Positions 1 to 11,230 are shown, numbered from the stretch's first letter. The stretch is 39,445 bases of DNA from Thermoproteota archaeon (GCA_026986575.1 JALSOH010000007.1:1-39445), one strand, 5' to 3'. The notes: generated from the letters alone by a model not told the origin. A program made the numbers and translations.

Positions 1-23
1 CGGCTATATCTAGCGAAAAATAG

Positions 24-3000
24 GATTCTAGCCTACCTAGAAGGGATTGAAACTCCTCGGAGGATGGTGGGATCATCCTCTCCAACTCGGATTCTAGCCT
101 ACCTAGAAGGGATTGAAACCATGCATGTTTCAGCACTAAAGCACCACTTAAACAAGATTCTAGCCTACCTAGAAGGGATTGAAACAGCAAGATGCAGAGT
201 GATCTCAAGGAGGAGCTTTCCGAGATTCTAGCCTACCTAGAAGGGATTGAAACAGTCAGGGTGTCATGATGGCGTTTCAGGGCATAATGGATTCTAGCCT
301 ACCTAGAAGGGATTGAAACAATTGGTACGATGTGATGTATGGAAGGCTCTAATATGATTCTAGCCTACCTAGAAGGGATTGAAACCTGGATGACAGGTAA
401 CCCTTTCAGAATTCATGAGCGGATTCTAGCCTACCTAGAAGGGATTGAAACTATCCCGATCCCTTTATTCTAGATGACATTATCTTCGATTCTAGCCTAC
501 CTAGAAGGGATTGAAACTAGTCTCTATCATCTTGTTCCAGTTCATCTGTAATGGATTCTAGCCTACCTAGAAGGGATTGAAACTGTAGGGGTGTTCTTGA
601 TACACCAATTGAATTGCAGATTCTAGCCTACCTAGAAGGGATTGAAACTCTGAAATTCCATATTCCACCTATCAGCCTTCTTCCGATTCTAGCCTACCTA
701 GAAGGGATTGAAACTCGCTCTATCGGTATCATCACGAATTACAATCCATGGATTCTAGCCTACCTAGAAGGGATTGAAACCGAGTTGATCGATTGCTGCG
801 TCATAAGTATATCCAGGATTCTAGCCTACCTAGAAGGGATTGAAACCTAGTTTGAGCGATTCTGAGTTCCTCTGAAACCCAAGATTCTAGCCTACCTAGA
901 AGGGATTGAAACACGCGGAGGTCTACTACAGGCTGGTAGCCGAGGGAGGATTCTAGCCTACCTAGAAGGGATTGAAACTGAAGGCCCCATCATAGCGCCA
1001 GATAATGGAACAGAGATTCTAGCCTACCTAGAAGGGATTGAAACAGTTACCCGGAGGGACTACGGTAACCGATACGTTCTGATTCTAGCCTACCTAGAAG
1101 GGATTGAAACAACGATGGGGCACCGGCCGACGCTTCGTCAGTCATAGATTCTAGCCTACCTAGAAGGGATTGAAACAGTAAACGCGAGTATAAGTTTCTA
1201 GCAATGGAATACGGATTCTAGCCTACCTAGAAGGGATTGAAACAGGAGGCGCTGATCAAAGATGAGGCGCCTGATCAGGATTCTAGCCTACCTAGAAGGG
1301 ATTGAAACAGGGGGGTTCCGTGATGCCTGAGGTCGAGGAGTTGGGATTCTAGCCTACCTAGAAGGGATTGAAACCGCGTACATGCAGGTGCCCACGTTTC
1401 AGGTGATCTTGATTCTAGCCTACCTAGAAGGGATTGAAACTCCCACACGACTTCGAGTCCCCCGAACTCGTGAGCAGATTCTAGCCTACCTAGAAGGGAT
1501 TGAAACCACGGATCGGAGCCTAGGTACTTAGTTGTCTTGAGGTGATTCTAGCCTACCTAGAAGGGATTGAAACCAGTGAGAGTTGCTCGCAACCACCTCT
1601 TCGTTATCAGATTCTAGCCTACCTAGAAGGGATTGAAACAACTCAATAAATGCGAGCCATTCGCGGATGAATTTGAGATTCTAGCCTACCTAGAAGGGAT
1701 TGAAACTGCCTCGGCCTCCTCCATTCTTCCATCGACGATCCTGATTCTAGCCTACCTAGAAGGGATTGAAACTGGTACCTGTCCTCGCAGTACGCCTTCT
1801 CACTGAAGGATTCTAGCCTACCTAGAAGGGATTGAAACCGGGGAGGAGAAGATGAGCCTCCAGACAGTTGATCTAGATTCTAGCCTACCTAGAAGGGATT
1901 GAAACTGTGAAGACAGGTAAGTGCCCCAGAGGACGCAGTACGATTCTAGCCTACCTAGAAGGGATTGAAACACTGAGCTGAGAACATTGGTGGATGAGAT
2001 ACGCTGGGATTCTAGCCTACCTAGAAGGGATTGAAACATAACGAAGAGAGGCTCATCTCGTTAGATCTTGGTTGATTCTAGCCTACCTAGAAGGGATTGA
2101 AACAAACCATAAATACATCAACGAAAAACGCCGTGATAGGATTCTAGCCTACCTAGAAGGGATTGAAACTTCTACTCTCCCTATGAGGCGCTCCTCATAA
2201 CCAGGATTCTAGCCTACCTAGAAGGGATTGAAACTTCAACTACTTCAACTTCACACAACCCATCAACCTGGATTCTAGCCTACCTAGAAGGGATTGAAAC
2301 CTGATTAAAGAGTTGCTGAAGTTTCTTGCTATAACGGATTCTAGCCTACCTAGAAGGGATTGAAACTTCGCAGAGCGACTCAATAGACCTCTCTTTACTA
2401 TAGGATTCTAGCCTACCTAGAAGGGATTGAAACTAATAGATAATTTCCCAGATGAATTAGATACCGTATGATTCTAGCCTACCTAGAAGGGATTGAAACA
2501 AAGAGAAAGGCTATACCTTTGATGCCGCGCTAGAAGATTCTAGCCTACCTAGAAGGGATTGAAACTCATTACTGGCCATATGGGAGAGGTTCGGTATATC
2601 GGATTCTAGCCTACCTAGAAGGGATTGAAACATGCAGTCTCTACCAGTAGGTCTCTTACATATTCATGATTCTAGCCTACCTAGAAGGGATTGAAACCAT
2701 CCTTTACACATATCTTGAGGTCACCTTCACTGGGATTCTAGCCTACCTAGAAGGGATTGAAACTACTTCTCGAGTATACCGAGGTATCCTTCTATCAGGG
2801 ATTCTAGCCTACCTAGAAGGGATTGAAACTAGCGCGTATCACAATAGTTCTATCACTATAGTGTGGATTCTAGCCTACCTAGAAGGGATTGAAACTCCAG
2901 TATAGGCCAGTTCTCCCCATTGAATATATCAGATTCTAGCCTACCTAGAAGGGATTGAAACCGATGATCAGTAGCCTCCTGACAGCAGCCTTGACATGAT

Positions 3001-4020
3001 TCTAGCCTACCTAGAAGGGATTGAAACTTCTTCGCGACGATAGTGCTAGCCGTGGCCGTGGCGAGATTCTAGCCTACCTAGAAGGGATTGAAACCACTCC
3101 GTGGTGCAGCCCACCGACTTCAGGACAATAGGATTCTAGCCTACCTAGAAGGGATTGAAACACGCCCTTGATCCTCCCGCTGTCATCCCTCACAGCCGAT
3201 TCTAGCCTACCTAGAAGGGATTGAAACTGTGGAGGTGGTAGCATGGTGAGAAACGTTCCCAAAGATTCTAGCCTACCTAGAAGGGATTGAAACTATCCCC
3301 TAGCCCTCAGTAGCTGGGCTAGGATCTCTGATTCTAGCCTACCTAGAAGGGATTGAAACGCGATATAGTCGAGGCCTACATCCGTGGCTATATCGGATTC
3401 TAGCCTACCTAGAAGGGATTGAAACCCCCAAGGCCTTCCTGGTGATCCGAACCCTCCAGCAGGATTCTAGCCTACCTAGAAGGGATTGAAATTTTCCTGA
3501 TCTTCCCGTCCTCATACCATTCCTTCGGGATTCTAGCCTACCTAGAAGGGATTGAAATCGTTCGTGCCGGTCGGAAAGAGGTTGGTGCCGTCTTGATTCT
3601 AGCCTACCTAGAAGGGATTGAAATTCCCATAGACCTCAAAGTACTTCTCCGCCAGATCCTGATTCTAGCCTACCTAGAAGGGATTGAAATCGCTCATCGG
3701 TCCACTGAGTATCCACCAGCTCCACCGATTCTAGCCTACCTAGAAGGGATTGAAATGTAGTTTTCTCTCATCCATTCGGTGAAGCTGTCAAGGATTCTAG
3801 CCTACCTAGAAGGGATTGAAATTCCGCCGATCCTCTGCTCACCAGCCTATGCAGTACAGATTCTAGCCTACCTAGAAGGGATTGAAACAGAAGGCGGAAA
3901 CTGAGGGCCTCCCCACTCCCGAAAGATTCTAGCCTACCTAGAAGGGATTGAAACTACGCATGTGTATATCTCGGCGGGTAAGAGTATGGAGATTCTAGCC
4001 TACCTAAAAGGGATTGAAAC
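24..4020 (+). CRISPR. CRISPR array 1: 61 copies of 30-bp repeat GATTCTAGCCTACCTAGAAGGGATTGAAAC, 60 spacers of about 35-38 bp
   Basis: Repeats counted at about 66-bp period from 24 to 3991. The repeat has a TTCTAG-N5-CTAGAA hairpin and the archaeal 3' ATTGAAA(C) handle, implying + strand transcription. The last repeat (3991) is mutated (CTAAAAG) and is followed by a 36-bp spacer-like segment and a GATTCT remnant at 4057, marking the trailer end. The array may continue left of the window. Confidence 0.99.
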
Positions 4021-4363
4021 AGTCTGACTAAATATCAATCAATTATACGCCATGTAGATTCTGCGATCTCTACTCTATGGAATAGATCACGAGACCAATT
4101 ATCTTGGCCCATTAAGCTCATGAATATGGTAATATAGCAAGTTGCCTTAGGATACGCAATATAACCCAATATATATTTGATTGTCCTAGCGGATATTAGT
4201 CGGAGGTTAGCGGGCTGATACGGATGGAAAAACTAGTACCTGAGTTTGAAGGGTCTGTGGTTTCAGACGAGGGGAGTCAGGCAATGCCGGCATCATCACC
4301 GCTCAGGGCCGGGTAGTACAGATCATCCTCCCCCTTATAGGTGCCAGTCCTAAAATATGAAGG

Positions 4364-5083
4364 ATGGTGGTGGGTTTGCTGGAACAGCTGCTCGCCTCTA
4401 CCGTCCTGTTGATCGCCAGCGCATACGACCTGCGCAGCAGGGAGGTGCCGGACTGGGTCTGGATTCCCGGATTAGTGGGAGGGGCTGTTCTGAGGATTCT
4501 AGATCCGGAGAAGACCCTCTCTTACCTAGAGGTAGCTTGGCCCATAATTCTAGTACTGGGCATCATGCTCCTAGCTGAGTGGCTCCTCTCAGCCAGCGGG
4601 GAGGCTGATCTCCTGGCCTATCTGACCCTCGCTTTAATCTCCACCGAGCCATACCTCCTCCTGCCTCCGCCCTTCCTAGTCTACCTCATCTCCAAACTCC
4701 TCATGGTGATGGTCCTCCCTCTCCAGTTTCTCGTCAACCTTCTGAGAGTCCTCCACCATCCAGAGCTCCTAAGGGGATTTGACGAGCCCTCCTACAGGAA
4801 GATCATAGCCCTGTTCCTCCTCTCCCCCTACTCGAGGCACTTGGCAGTGGGGGCCAGAGCTGCCGAGGTCGATGAGGGAGGAAGGAGAAAGTTCGTCCTG
4901 AGGGCTGCACTGTCCCCGATCGACGACTCCGACCTAGATGGGTGCGAGGGTGTCTGGATAGCCCCCACCTACCCCTTCATCCCATTCATCCTCGCAGCCT
5001 ACGTCATCGTCCAGCTGCTCTTCCTATGGCCTCCATTAGCTCCGCCATCTCCTCCTCCCTCAGCCTGCCGTAACTCACCCTGA
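4364..5083 (+). CDS. A24-family prepilin/prearchaellin peptidase (PibD/FlaK-like)
   Basis: SAYDLRSREVPDWVW (first Asp), GEAD (GxxD second Asp), several TM segments, C-terminal VWIAPTYPFIPFI typical of archaeal A24 peptidases. Confidence 0.8.
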   Translation: MVVGLLEQLLASTVLLIASAYDLRSREVPDWVWIPGLVGGAVLRILDPEKTLSYLEVAWPIILVLGIMLLAEWLLSASGEADLLAYLTLALISTEPYLLLPPPFLVYLISKLLMVMVLPLQFLVNLLRVLHHPELLRGFDEPSYRKIIALFLLSPYSRHLAVGARAAEVDEGGRRKFVLRAALSPIDDSDLDGCEGVWIAPTYPFIPFILAAYVIVQLLFLWPPLAPPSPPPSACRNSP

Positions 5084-6092
5084 ACCACTCCTTCCCGCCC
5101 CTGAAAGCAGTTGCTGGCACTATTCCCACGACAGGATCTGAATCTAGGAGCTTCAGGGCCAGCTCCTCCGAGTCTTCCACTTCAGGGTATCTGGCGTAGA
5201 GGTAGAAGGCCCCTCTGGGTTCCACGAACTCCAGGCCAGCCTTTGAGGCCTCCCTGACCAGCGCGTCCCTCATCCTCCTGTAGTGCTCCCTGACCCCCTC
5301 AAAGTACCTGTTGCTGGCCGCCTCGATCATCCTCATCACCAGCTTCTGCACCACCTCAGATACGCCGGCTGTGGTGAGGTATGCCAGCCTCCCCACGAGC
5401 TCCCTGCCCTCTGCACCCCAGTAGATGTAGCCAGCTCTCATCCCCGGAAGGGAGAAGGTCTTGCTGAAGGTGTCTATAACCACGTCGCCGACGACCTCAA
5501 CCCTCTCACCGAAGTAGATCTGTGAGTAGGCCGCATCATTCAGCAGGAGGACGTTCCTCCTCAGGAGCTCTTCCCACAGATCCCTGAGCGCCGAATTAGG
5601 AGGTAGGTGACCCGTGGGATTGTTCGGGAAGTTGATGAGCACCGCGGCAGCGCCATAAATCTTCTCCAGCACCTCGTTAACCAAGTCCTCGGCTAGGGGG
5701 TTATAGGTCTCCACGGGATAGGAAAACTCCACGGGGTGTTCGAAGTACTGGATGAAGCCTGGCGCTGGTATGAGGATCTTCCCCTTCTTCAGCTTCCAGG
5801 CTGCTAGTGAGGAGATCAAGAGGGCCTGAGCCCCTCCGTTGGTCATGAAAACTCCATCCCTCTTGTAGTCCCTCCCCAGAAAGCGTGAGGCGAAGTCCAC
5901 CACGGCATCCTTTGCCTCGTCCATCCCCGTGAAGGGAAGGTAGTTCCGCCCGACCTCGCCCATCTCTGAAAGTACCTCGGACACTGGGAGGGGTGGATCG
6001 TGAGATGGGGCCCCTATATGGGCTCCTATGACCCTCCTCCCTTGGGCTGCCTTCCTGTTGCATGCGTCGAAGATGTCCCTTATGGTAAGCAT
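5004..6092 (-). CDS. PLP-dependent aminotransferase class I/II
   Basis: NFPNNPTG, DAAY, TFSKTFSLPGMRAGY (PLP lysine), PRGAFYLY. Confidence 0.93.
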   Translation of the reverse strand: MLTIRDIFDACNRKAAQGRRVIGAHIGAPSHDPPLPVSEVLSEMGEVGRNYLPFTGMDEAKDAVVDFASRFLGRDYKRDGVFMTNGGAQALLISSLAAWKLKKGKILIPAPGFIQYFEHPVEFSYPVETYNPLAEDLVNEVLEKIYGAAAVLINFPNNPTGHLPPNSALRDLWEELLRRNVLLLNDAAYSQIYFGERVEVVGDVVIDTFSKTFSLPGMRAGYIYWGAEGRELVGRLAYLTTAGVSEVVQKLVMRMIEAASNRYFEGVREHYRRMRDALVREASKAGLEFVEPRGAFYLYARYPEVEDSEELALKLLDSDPVVGIVPATAFRGGKEWFRVSYGRLREEEMAELMEAIGRAAGR

Positions 6093-6151
6093 ATACTAGC
6101 AGGAGGGGATAAGATAAAATCATCCTGTGACTTCAGGGAGCGGGACTTCAG

Positions 6152-7459
6152 GTGGGGAGGGCTGAGAGGGTAGCCATCGCTTCCGTAGTTATATCAGCTG
6201 CGATAGTGGCGGTGAAGCTCTTCGTGGCCCTAGTCACTGGCAGCATGGCCGTGCTGGGGGAGCTCCTCGACTCGCTGGGAGACATCCTGACATCCTCCGT
6301 CACCCTGATGGGCATAAGGCTCTCAAGAAAGCCTCCGGATGCGGACCACCCCTACGGACACGCGAAGCTCGACAGCCTGCTGGGCCTCCTCTCCTCCATC
6401 TTCCTAGTGGAGGTGGAGGCCTACGTGATATTCAGGAGCATTTCAGCTCTCCTCGGACCTCTAACCCCACCTAGCGTGACGAACAATGCTCTCCTGCTGC
6501 TGGCAGCCACGAGCTTGGTGAACGTGGTCAGATCGCTCGCCCTCTGGAGGACGGGCGGATCAGAGGGTGTGAGGATGATGCAGTCCGAGGCCATCAACTA
6601 CGGGTGGGACGCGGCTAGGACTCTTGTGGTGGTGGGGGTGCTCCTCATTTCGAGGGAGCTCCCGCTTGTTGATCCCCTCGCCGCTCTGTTGGCCACCGCC
6701 CTCGTGGTGCCCTCCACTCTCAGGGTGGCCTACTGGTCGGCCAGCGACCTACTGGACAGGATAGATCCCAAGCTCCTTGCCAGGATATACTCCCTGTTGG
6801 GAAGTTGCAGGGAGATAGTGGCGGTCAGGAGGGTGAGGGCCAGGAAGCTGGGTAAGATAACACTAGTGGATGCTGTGATCGAGGTCGATCCGTCAATCAC
6901 GGCGGAGAGGACGAACGAGATAATCAGGAGGCTCGAGAATAGGGTCAAAGTGGAGATAGGACCTTCAGAGGTCATGATAGTGCCCCTCGCAGCGGGAAGA
7001 TCGAGGGAGAGCGTAGCCAAGGAGGTAACGGAGTCGGTGGAGGGCGTGAGGGAGGCCCACACCTTCGAGTTCTACGGTGAGAGGGGGGAGAGGCTACACC
7101 TGCATGTGGTCCTCGACGATGACATCAACCTGAAGAGGGCCGACGAGATCGCCAAGGAGGTCGAGTCTAGGTTGAAGGGAGCCTTGGGCGTCAAGGAAGT
7201 CATAGTGCACGTGGATCACTCGGGCAGGGGCGTCCCGCTGGAGGAGATAAGGGAGAGGATAGAGGAACTGGGGGGTGTGAGGTGGGCGTCCATCGAGACC
7301 GTGAGATCCGGAAGTTGCGTGAGGCTGGAGATAAGGGTGGGCGCGGACCCTGAGATTAGGGCCAGGGAGATCAACAGGTTGCAGCACGATGTAATGGCCA
7401 TCGCTGCAGAGCTGGCCCCAAAGGCGAAGGTATCCGTTAGAGTGGTCCCGGCCTGCTGA
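6152..7459 (+). CDS. Cation diffusion facilitator (CDF) transporter with extra C-terminal ZT-dimer-like domains
   Basis: KPPDADHPYGHAK motif, N-terminal TM bundle, repeated C-terminal LHVVLD...VIVHVD metal-binding-like domains. Confidence 0.9.
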   Translation: MGRAERVAIASVVISAAIVAVKLFVALVTGSMAVLGELLDSLGDILTSSVTLMGIRLSRKPPDADHPYGHAKLDSLLGLLSSIFLVEVEAYVIFRSISALLGPLTPPSVTNNALLLLAATSLVNVVRSLALWRTGGSEGVRMMQSEAINYGWDAARTLVVVGVLLISRELPLVDPLAALLATALVVPSTLRVAYWSASDLLDRIDPKLLARIYSLLGSCREIVAVRRVRARKLGKITLVDAVIEVDPSITAERTNEIIRRLENRVKVEIGPSEVMIVPLAAGRSRESVAKEVTESVEGVREAHTFEFYGERGERLHLHVVLDDDINLKRADEIAKEVESRLKGALGVKEVIVHVDHSGRGVPLEEIRERIEELGGVRWASIETVRSGSCVRLEIRVGADPEIRAREINRLQHDVMAIAAELAPKAKVSVRVVPAC

Positions 7460-7512
7460 GGCCGTCATATCACTTATCACTTTATAGGTATTAGCGGGGA
7501 TCCCATTAACCG

Positions 7513-7974
7513 ATGGGCATAGGCATCGAGGAACTGGACGAGCTGGACGTGAACATACTCAGGATCCTTCAGCTCAACTCCAGGATCCCGTTCAGCGAGC
7601 TGGCCAGGAAGCTCGGGGTCCCCGAAGCCACCATAAGATATAGAGTAAAGAAACTCGTCGAGAAGGGAGTTATAAAGGGGTTTTACACGCTCTTGGACCC
7701 GAGGAGAGTGGGTCTTCCCTTTTCCGTGATAGTTCTGGCGGATGTGGATCCCGAGCACCTAGATCAGGTCTTCGACAGGCTGAGGGAGATGCCTGAAGCC
7801 ACTCACGTGTTCAAGCTGACGGGGAAGTACAACATAGTGGCGATATTCCACGCAAGGGACATGGAGCACGTGTCAAGGATAGACGAGGCCGTTAGATCTC
7901 ACAGGGGCGTGAGGTCCGCGGAGACCCTTCTCGTGACAGGCCTAGTTCACATAAACCCCGAGCTCCCCATATAA
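7513..7974 (+). CDS. Lrp/AsnC family transcriptional regulator
   Basis: LDELDVNILRILQLNSRIPFSELARKLGVPEATIRYRVKKLVEKGVIKGF HTH plus RAM domain (LTGKYN). Confidence 0.95.
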   Translation: MGIGIEELDELDVNILRILQLNSRIPFSELARKLGVPEATIRYRVKKLVEKGVIKGFYTLLDPRRVGLPFSVIVLADVDPEHLDQVFDRLREMPEATHVFKLTGKYNIVAIFHARDMEHVSRIDEAVRSHRGVRSAETLLVTGLVHINPELPI

Positions 7975-8166
7975 GTCTGCGATCGTGGATCTTCCGGAGG
8001 CTTAAACGCTTGGGCATCTCCCTCCGGACCTCGGGGCATCTCCGTGCACCAGTAACACGGTTTGAATGTGGAGCCCTGCCTTCCCGGTAAAACAGCACCT
8101 GGCGGGGTGATCCGTCGGGCGGGGATCGTGAGGTGGGTTCGGATAGGCAACCTTATTAACCGTGGG

Positions 8167-8694
8167 ATGGAAGATAATGGGGATAATTTGCTCACTTCTT
8201 CTTGGAACAAGATAACGAGGCTGCTCTCTCTGCTCGGCTTAGCCCTGCTCATACTCAGCTCTCTCCAGCCATGGGTCGTGATGTATCCCCCAAGTAAGGG
8301 AGTGAGGACCTTCACGATACTGGAATTTCTCGGGTCCCTCTCGGCCATTCAGGCCGACTACGGGATAGTAAACGGGAGTTCGGGCCTCCTCTACATGACC
8401 CTTATCCTCCTGATAGTGGCGATGTTAGCGGCAGTGGCATCAGCCTTCTGGTCCCCCCTCTCCCTGCTCGCTGGTGGGACAGGCCTCCTCTGCGCTGGAT
8501 TCTGGATGGCGACCCTATGGATATTCAGGCTCAGGCTGGAATCGGTGGGCGGAAGGGATCTAGCCGCCACTGTCGGCCTCGGGTTCGGACCGACCCTCCT
8601 CATAGTTGGTTCACTCGTCCTCCTAGCTTCCTTCGTGCTGAGCATACACTTGGGCCTCAGTTCACAGGAAGGGCCTTCTCCTCCCTTATCTTGA
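8167..8694 (+). CDS. Hypothetical membrane protein (about 4 TM)
   Basis: Hydrophobic segments in ORF 8062..8694; start moved to ATG 8167, just downstream of an AT-rich CTTATTAA element. Confidence 0.65.
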   Translation: MEDNGDNLLTSSWNKITRLLSLLGLALLILSSLQPWVVMYPPSKGVRTFTILEFLGSLSAIQADYGIVNGSSGLLYMTLILLIVAMLAAVASAFWSPLSLLAGGTGLLCAGFWMATLWIFRLRLESVGGRDLAATVGLGFGPTLLIVGSLVLLASFVLSIHLGLSSQEGPSPPLS

Positions 8695-9121
8695 CCCCCA
8701 CCATTACCTCCGGCAGGCTAGAGTCCTCGAACACCCTCCCGGTTCTCAGGAGCAGGGGACCGGCCGCCACGCCCAAGTGACCCCCGACCCAGTCGATTGA
8801 ATCGTCTGCCAGGAACTCCTCCAGCTCCTCCTCGAGCTCCGCCAGCTCGTCATCATCGGCCAGCCAGTAGAGAGCCTCTAACTCGTCCAGAGAGAAGGCT
8901 AAATAGTAGGAGATCCTCAGGAAGCCCTCATCCCTCATCACCATGGCAAGAAGGTAGCTCCCATTCTCCTCTTTTAGGGCCCAGATGTAGTTGGAGGCGG
9001 GATTCGAGGATGCCATCCTCTCGCATTCCTTCCTCAGGACATCCATGCTCTTGGAGTGGCCTATATCCGCGAGCAGCTCGTCGTAAGGCCTGTGAGCCAC
9101 CAGTTCGTAAGTGAAGCTCAT
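8657..9121 (-). CDS. Hypothetical acidic protein
   Basis: Host-like codon usage; likely start MSFTYEL at 9121; a paralogous fragment lies at about 20154-20385. Confidence 0.65.
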   Translation of the reverse strand: MSFTYELVAHRPYDELLADIGHSKSMDVLRKECERMASSNPASNYIWALKEENGSYLLAMVMRDEGFLRISYYLAFSLDELEALYWLADDDELAELEEELEEFLADDSIDWVGGHLGVAAGPLLLRTGRVFEDSSLPEVMVGVKIREEKALPVN

Positions 9122-9225
9122 GGTGGTGGTTGGCGGAGTCAACCTAATAAAGGATTTCCATTGTGCTGCCGATGAGCCCGTCAAATCCGCCGTGGAGAGT
9201 CGTCTACCGCTAACTCATTCCCCTC

Positions 9226-9611
9226 TCACAGATCCTCCAGCCACCTGATCAGCTTCTTCCTCGCCTTCTCAGGATCCTCTCCCATGGGGGCCTTGAGGAA
9301 GGATATCTGGTAGATCCCCTTCATCGTCTTCAGGTTCAGCGTGAGTATGTTGACCTGATCCCTGTTCCACCCCTGCACCTTCATGCTATCCGCCGTGATC
9401 AGCCTGACATGGGGTCTCTCAACCCTTTCCTCATCACCTATCCACCAGTCGGCGATCTCGTTCCTCTCTAACTCGAAGCTCCTCCCCCTGAGGATCCTAT
9501 GGAAGACATTTGCCCTGAAAACCAGCCTGTTCCTCCTTATGAGGAGCTTTCCCCCTGAGTCATACTTGGACCCGGGGACGACAGCACCACACTACCCAGA
9601 TCCTCCGACAA
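9226..9611 (-). pseudogene. Frameshifted small protein, PH/GRAM-like (not in ORF track)
   Basis: An open minus frame of about 120 codons reads GAVVPGSKYDSGGKLLIRRNRLVFRANVF...KKLIRWLEDL* with host codon usage but no start near its 5' end. The probable TTG start (9611, MSEDLGSVV) is in another frame. Confidence 0.55.
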
Positions 9612-10082
9612 GCGTACCGAGCACCTATTATCATCTGCACGGGGTCCTTTTTCAGTTTTTCCTTAACGAATCGACGGGAAAATACCATCGTATTTAATGA
9701 AATGATCTTCCTATGTCAACCCGGTGGGGCGTCCTCCTAGATGGAAAAGGGTGAAGAATTCATTTTCAAGCTCGAATATGTTAATCCCTAAGTAGGAACG
9801 TGCGTCCTTGCATCTTTCATGCTGAGCTAAGCTTGAACGTTCAACTCACATCGGGAGGGGGAATATCCATGTCAACACCTCCCCATCCCCCCTCGAGAAG
9901 TAGGAGGATGGATCCTCCGAACCGATCGCAGCGATCCTCCACAATCCTAGCATCTCCCATCCTAGACCTTTGCAGCCCCGAAGGAGTCTTGAGGCTGTGC
10001 GTCGATTTGGCGGCGATCAAGCCATGGGATCATCTTCGAGCCTGAAGGTTCCCTAAAACGGGTGCCGCCCTTCCCACCTTCC

Positions 10083-11114
10083 CTAGCTGTGAGATCGGGA
10101 GAAGACGTACTTCCCCCTCACCGGAATCGTGTGGCCGCACCTAGGGCATCTGTACCTCCCCTCCTCCTCGGAGAGCTCGAACTTCACGACCCTGTACCCC
10201 CTCCTCACGATGAGGACCTTCCCACAGGTGGGGCATCGGGTGGTCTCAAGCTCGGGATCGTGGACATTGCCCACGTAAACATAGCGGACTCCCTCCTTCA
10301 CTGCGTGCTCCTTTATCTCCATCAGTCTCTCGAGAGGGGTCGGTGGTTCCCTCCAGAGGTGTGCAGGGTAGTACCTGTTAATGTGCAGCGGCACATCTTC
10401 GCCGAGCAGGTCCAAGTGCCTCCCTATTATCCATTTATAGCACTCATCGAAATCGTTGGCCCCAGTAACCACCAAGTAGACCATCTCCACGTGAGCGCCA
10501 GCTTCTAACAGAGTTTTAGCGTTCCTCATCACCCTCTCGTGGTCCACATGGGGAAGGGCCTTCATCCCGGGGCACCCCTTTATGTCCACGCTCCATCCGT
10601 CAGCACCGGCCCTAACGAGCTCCTCCAAGGCCTTGGGTGTTAGATAGCAGTTGGTGACCATCGTGGAGTAGAGACCCCTCTCGGTAGCCAAGGAGAAGAC
10701 ATCCACAAGATAATCGAAGTTCGTCGTGGGCTCGTTGAAGCTCGCGCATAGGCCCTGATCCCCCGTTCGGATTGCCGTCTCGACTAGGACCTCGGGAGGG
10801 GTTACGGGATCTCCTTCCCTGGGTGACCGGAAGCTCAGGCCATGGTTCTGGCACCAGAGGCAGTGGAAGTTGCATCCCCAGTTCGAGAAGGTGAGGGCCG
10901 TGCTGTTGGGCCAGTAGTGGAAAAGGGGCTTTATCTCTATGGGCCTGCTCTCCACGGCGCTGAGCCTCCCATAGCCGAGGTGGTAGAGTTTCCCTCCCCT
11001 GTTCACGTAGTTACCGCATATCCCCCTCTTACCCTGCCTTATCCCGCATCTGTGCTCGCACACCCCGCACTCGACCTTATCATCGAGCGGTGTGAAGAGG
11101 CGCGCCTCCCTCAT
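10083..11114 (-). CDS. AmmeMemoRadiSam-type radical SAM enzyme (PFL-activase-like)
   Basis: N-terminal CGVCEHRC..C, PIEIKPLFHY, CNFHCLWC radical-SAM motif, FNEPT, YVYVGNV, C-terminal CPTC/CPRC. Confidence 0.9.
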   Translation of the reverse strand: MREARLFTPLDDKVECGVCEHRCGIRQGKRGICGNYVNRGGKLYHLGYGRLSAVESRPIEIKPLFHYWPNSTALTFSNWGCNFHCLWCQNHGLSFRSPREGDPVTPPEVLVETAIRTGDQGLCASFNEPTTNFDYLVDVFSLATERGLYSTMVTNCYLTPKALEELVRAGADGWSVDIKGCPGMKALPHVDHERVMRNAKTLLEAGAHVEMVYLVVTGANDFDECYKWIIGRHLDLLGEDVPLHINRYYPAHLWREPPTPLERLMEIKEHAVKEGVRYVYVGNVHDPELETTRCPTCGKVLIVRRGYRVVKFELSEEEGRYRCPRCGHTIPVRGKYVFSRSHS

Positions 11115-11230
11115 CTCCCTGCCTCTTGGATCACCACTCTAAGATAGAAGTTGCTACTGGCTGCCCGGTACGGTACGGGGAGAGACGAGCGCGGGCCAAT
11201 GTTTTTATCCACATTACACGTATCTCACAT

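Noticed and set aside
614-3262. ORFs with repeating ILAYLEGIET / FQSLLGRLES peptides
   Set aside because: These are translations of the CRISPR repeats, not proteins.
3294-3329. Spacer shares CCCCTAGCCCTCAG (14 nt) with hisC at about 15601
   Set aside because: The match does not extend; it is too short to call self-targeting.
4021-4200. AT-rich stretch after array 1 as a possible leader
   Set aside because: The mutated last repeat, the GATTCT remnant at 4057 and the ATTGAAAC orientation mark this as the trailer end; the leader should lie to the left.
9800-10045. 81-aa plus-strand ORF
   Set aside because: Atypical composition, no motif; not supportable as a gene.
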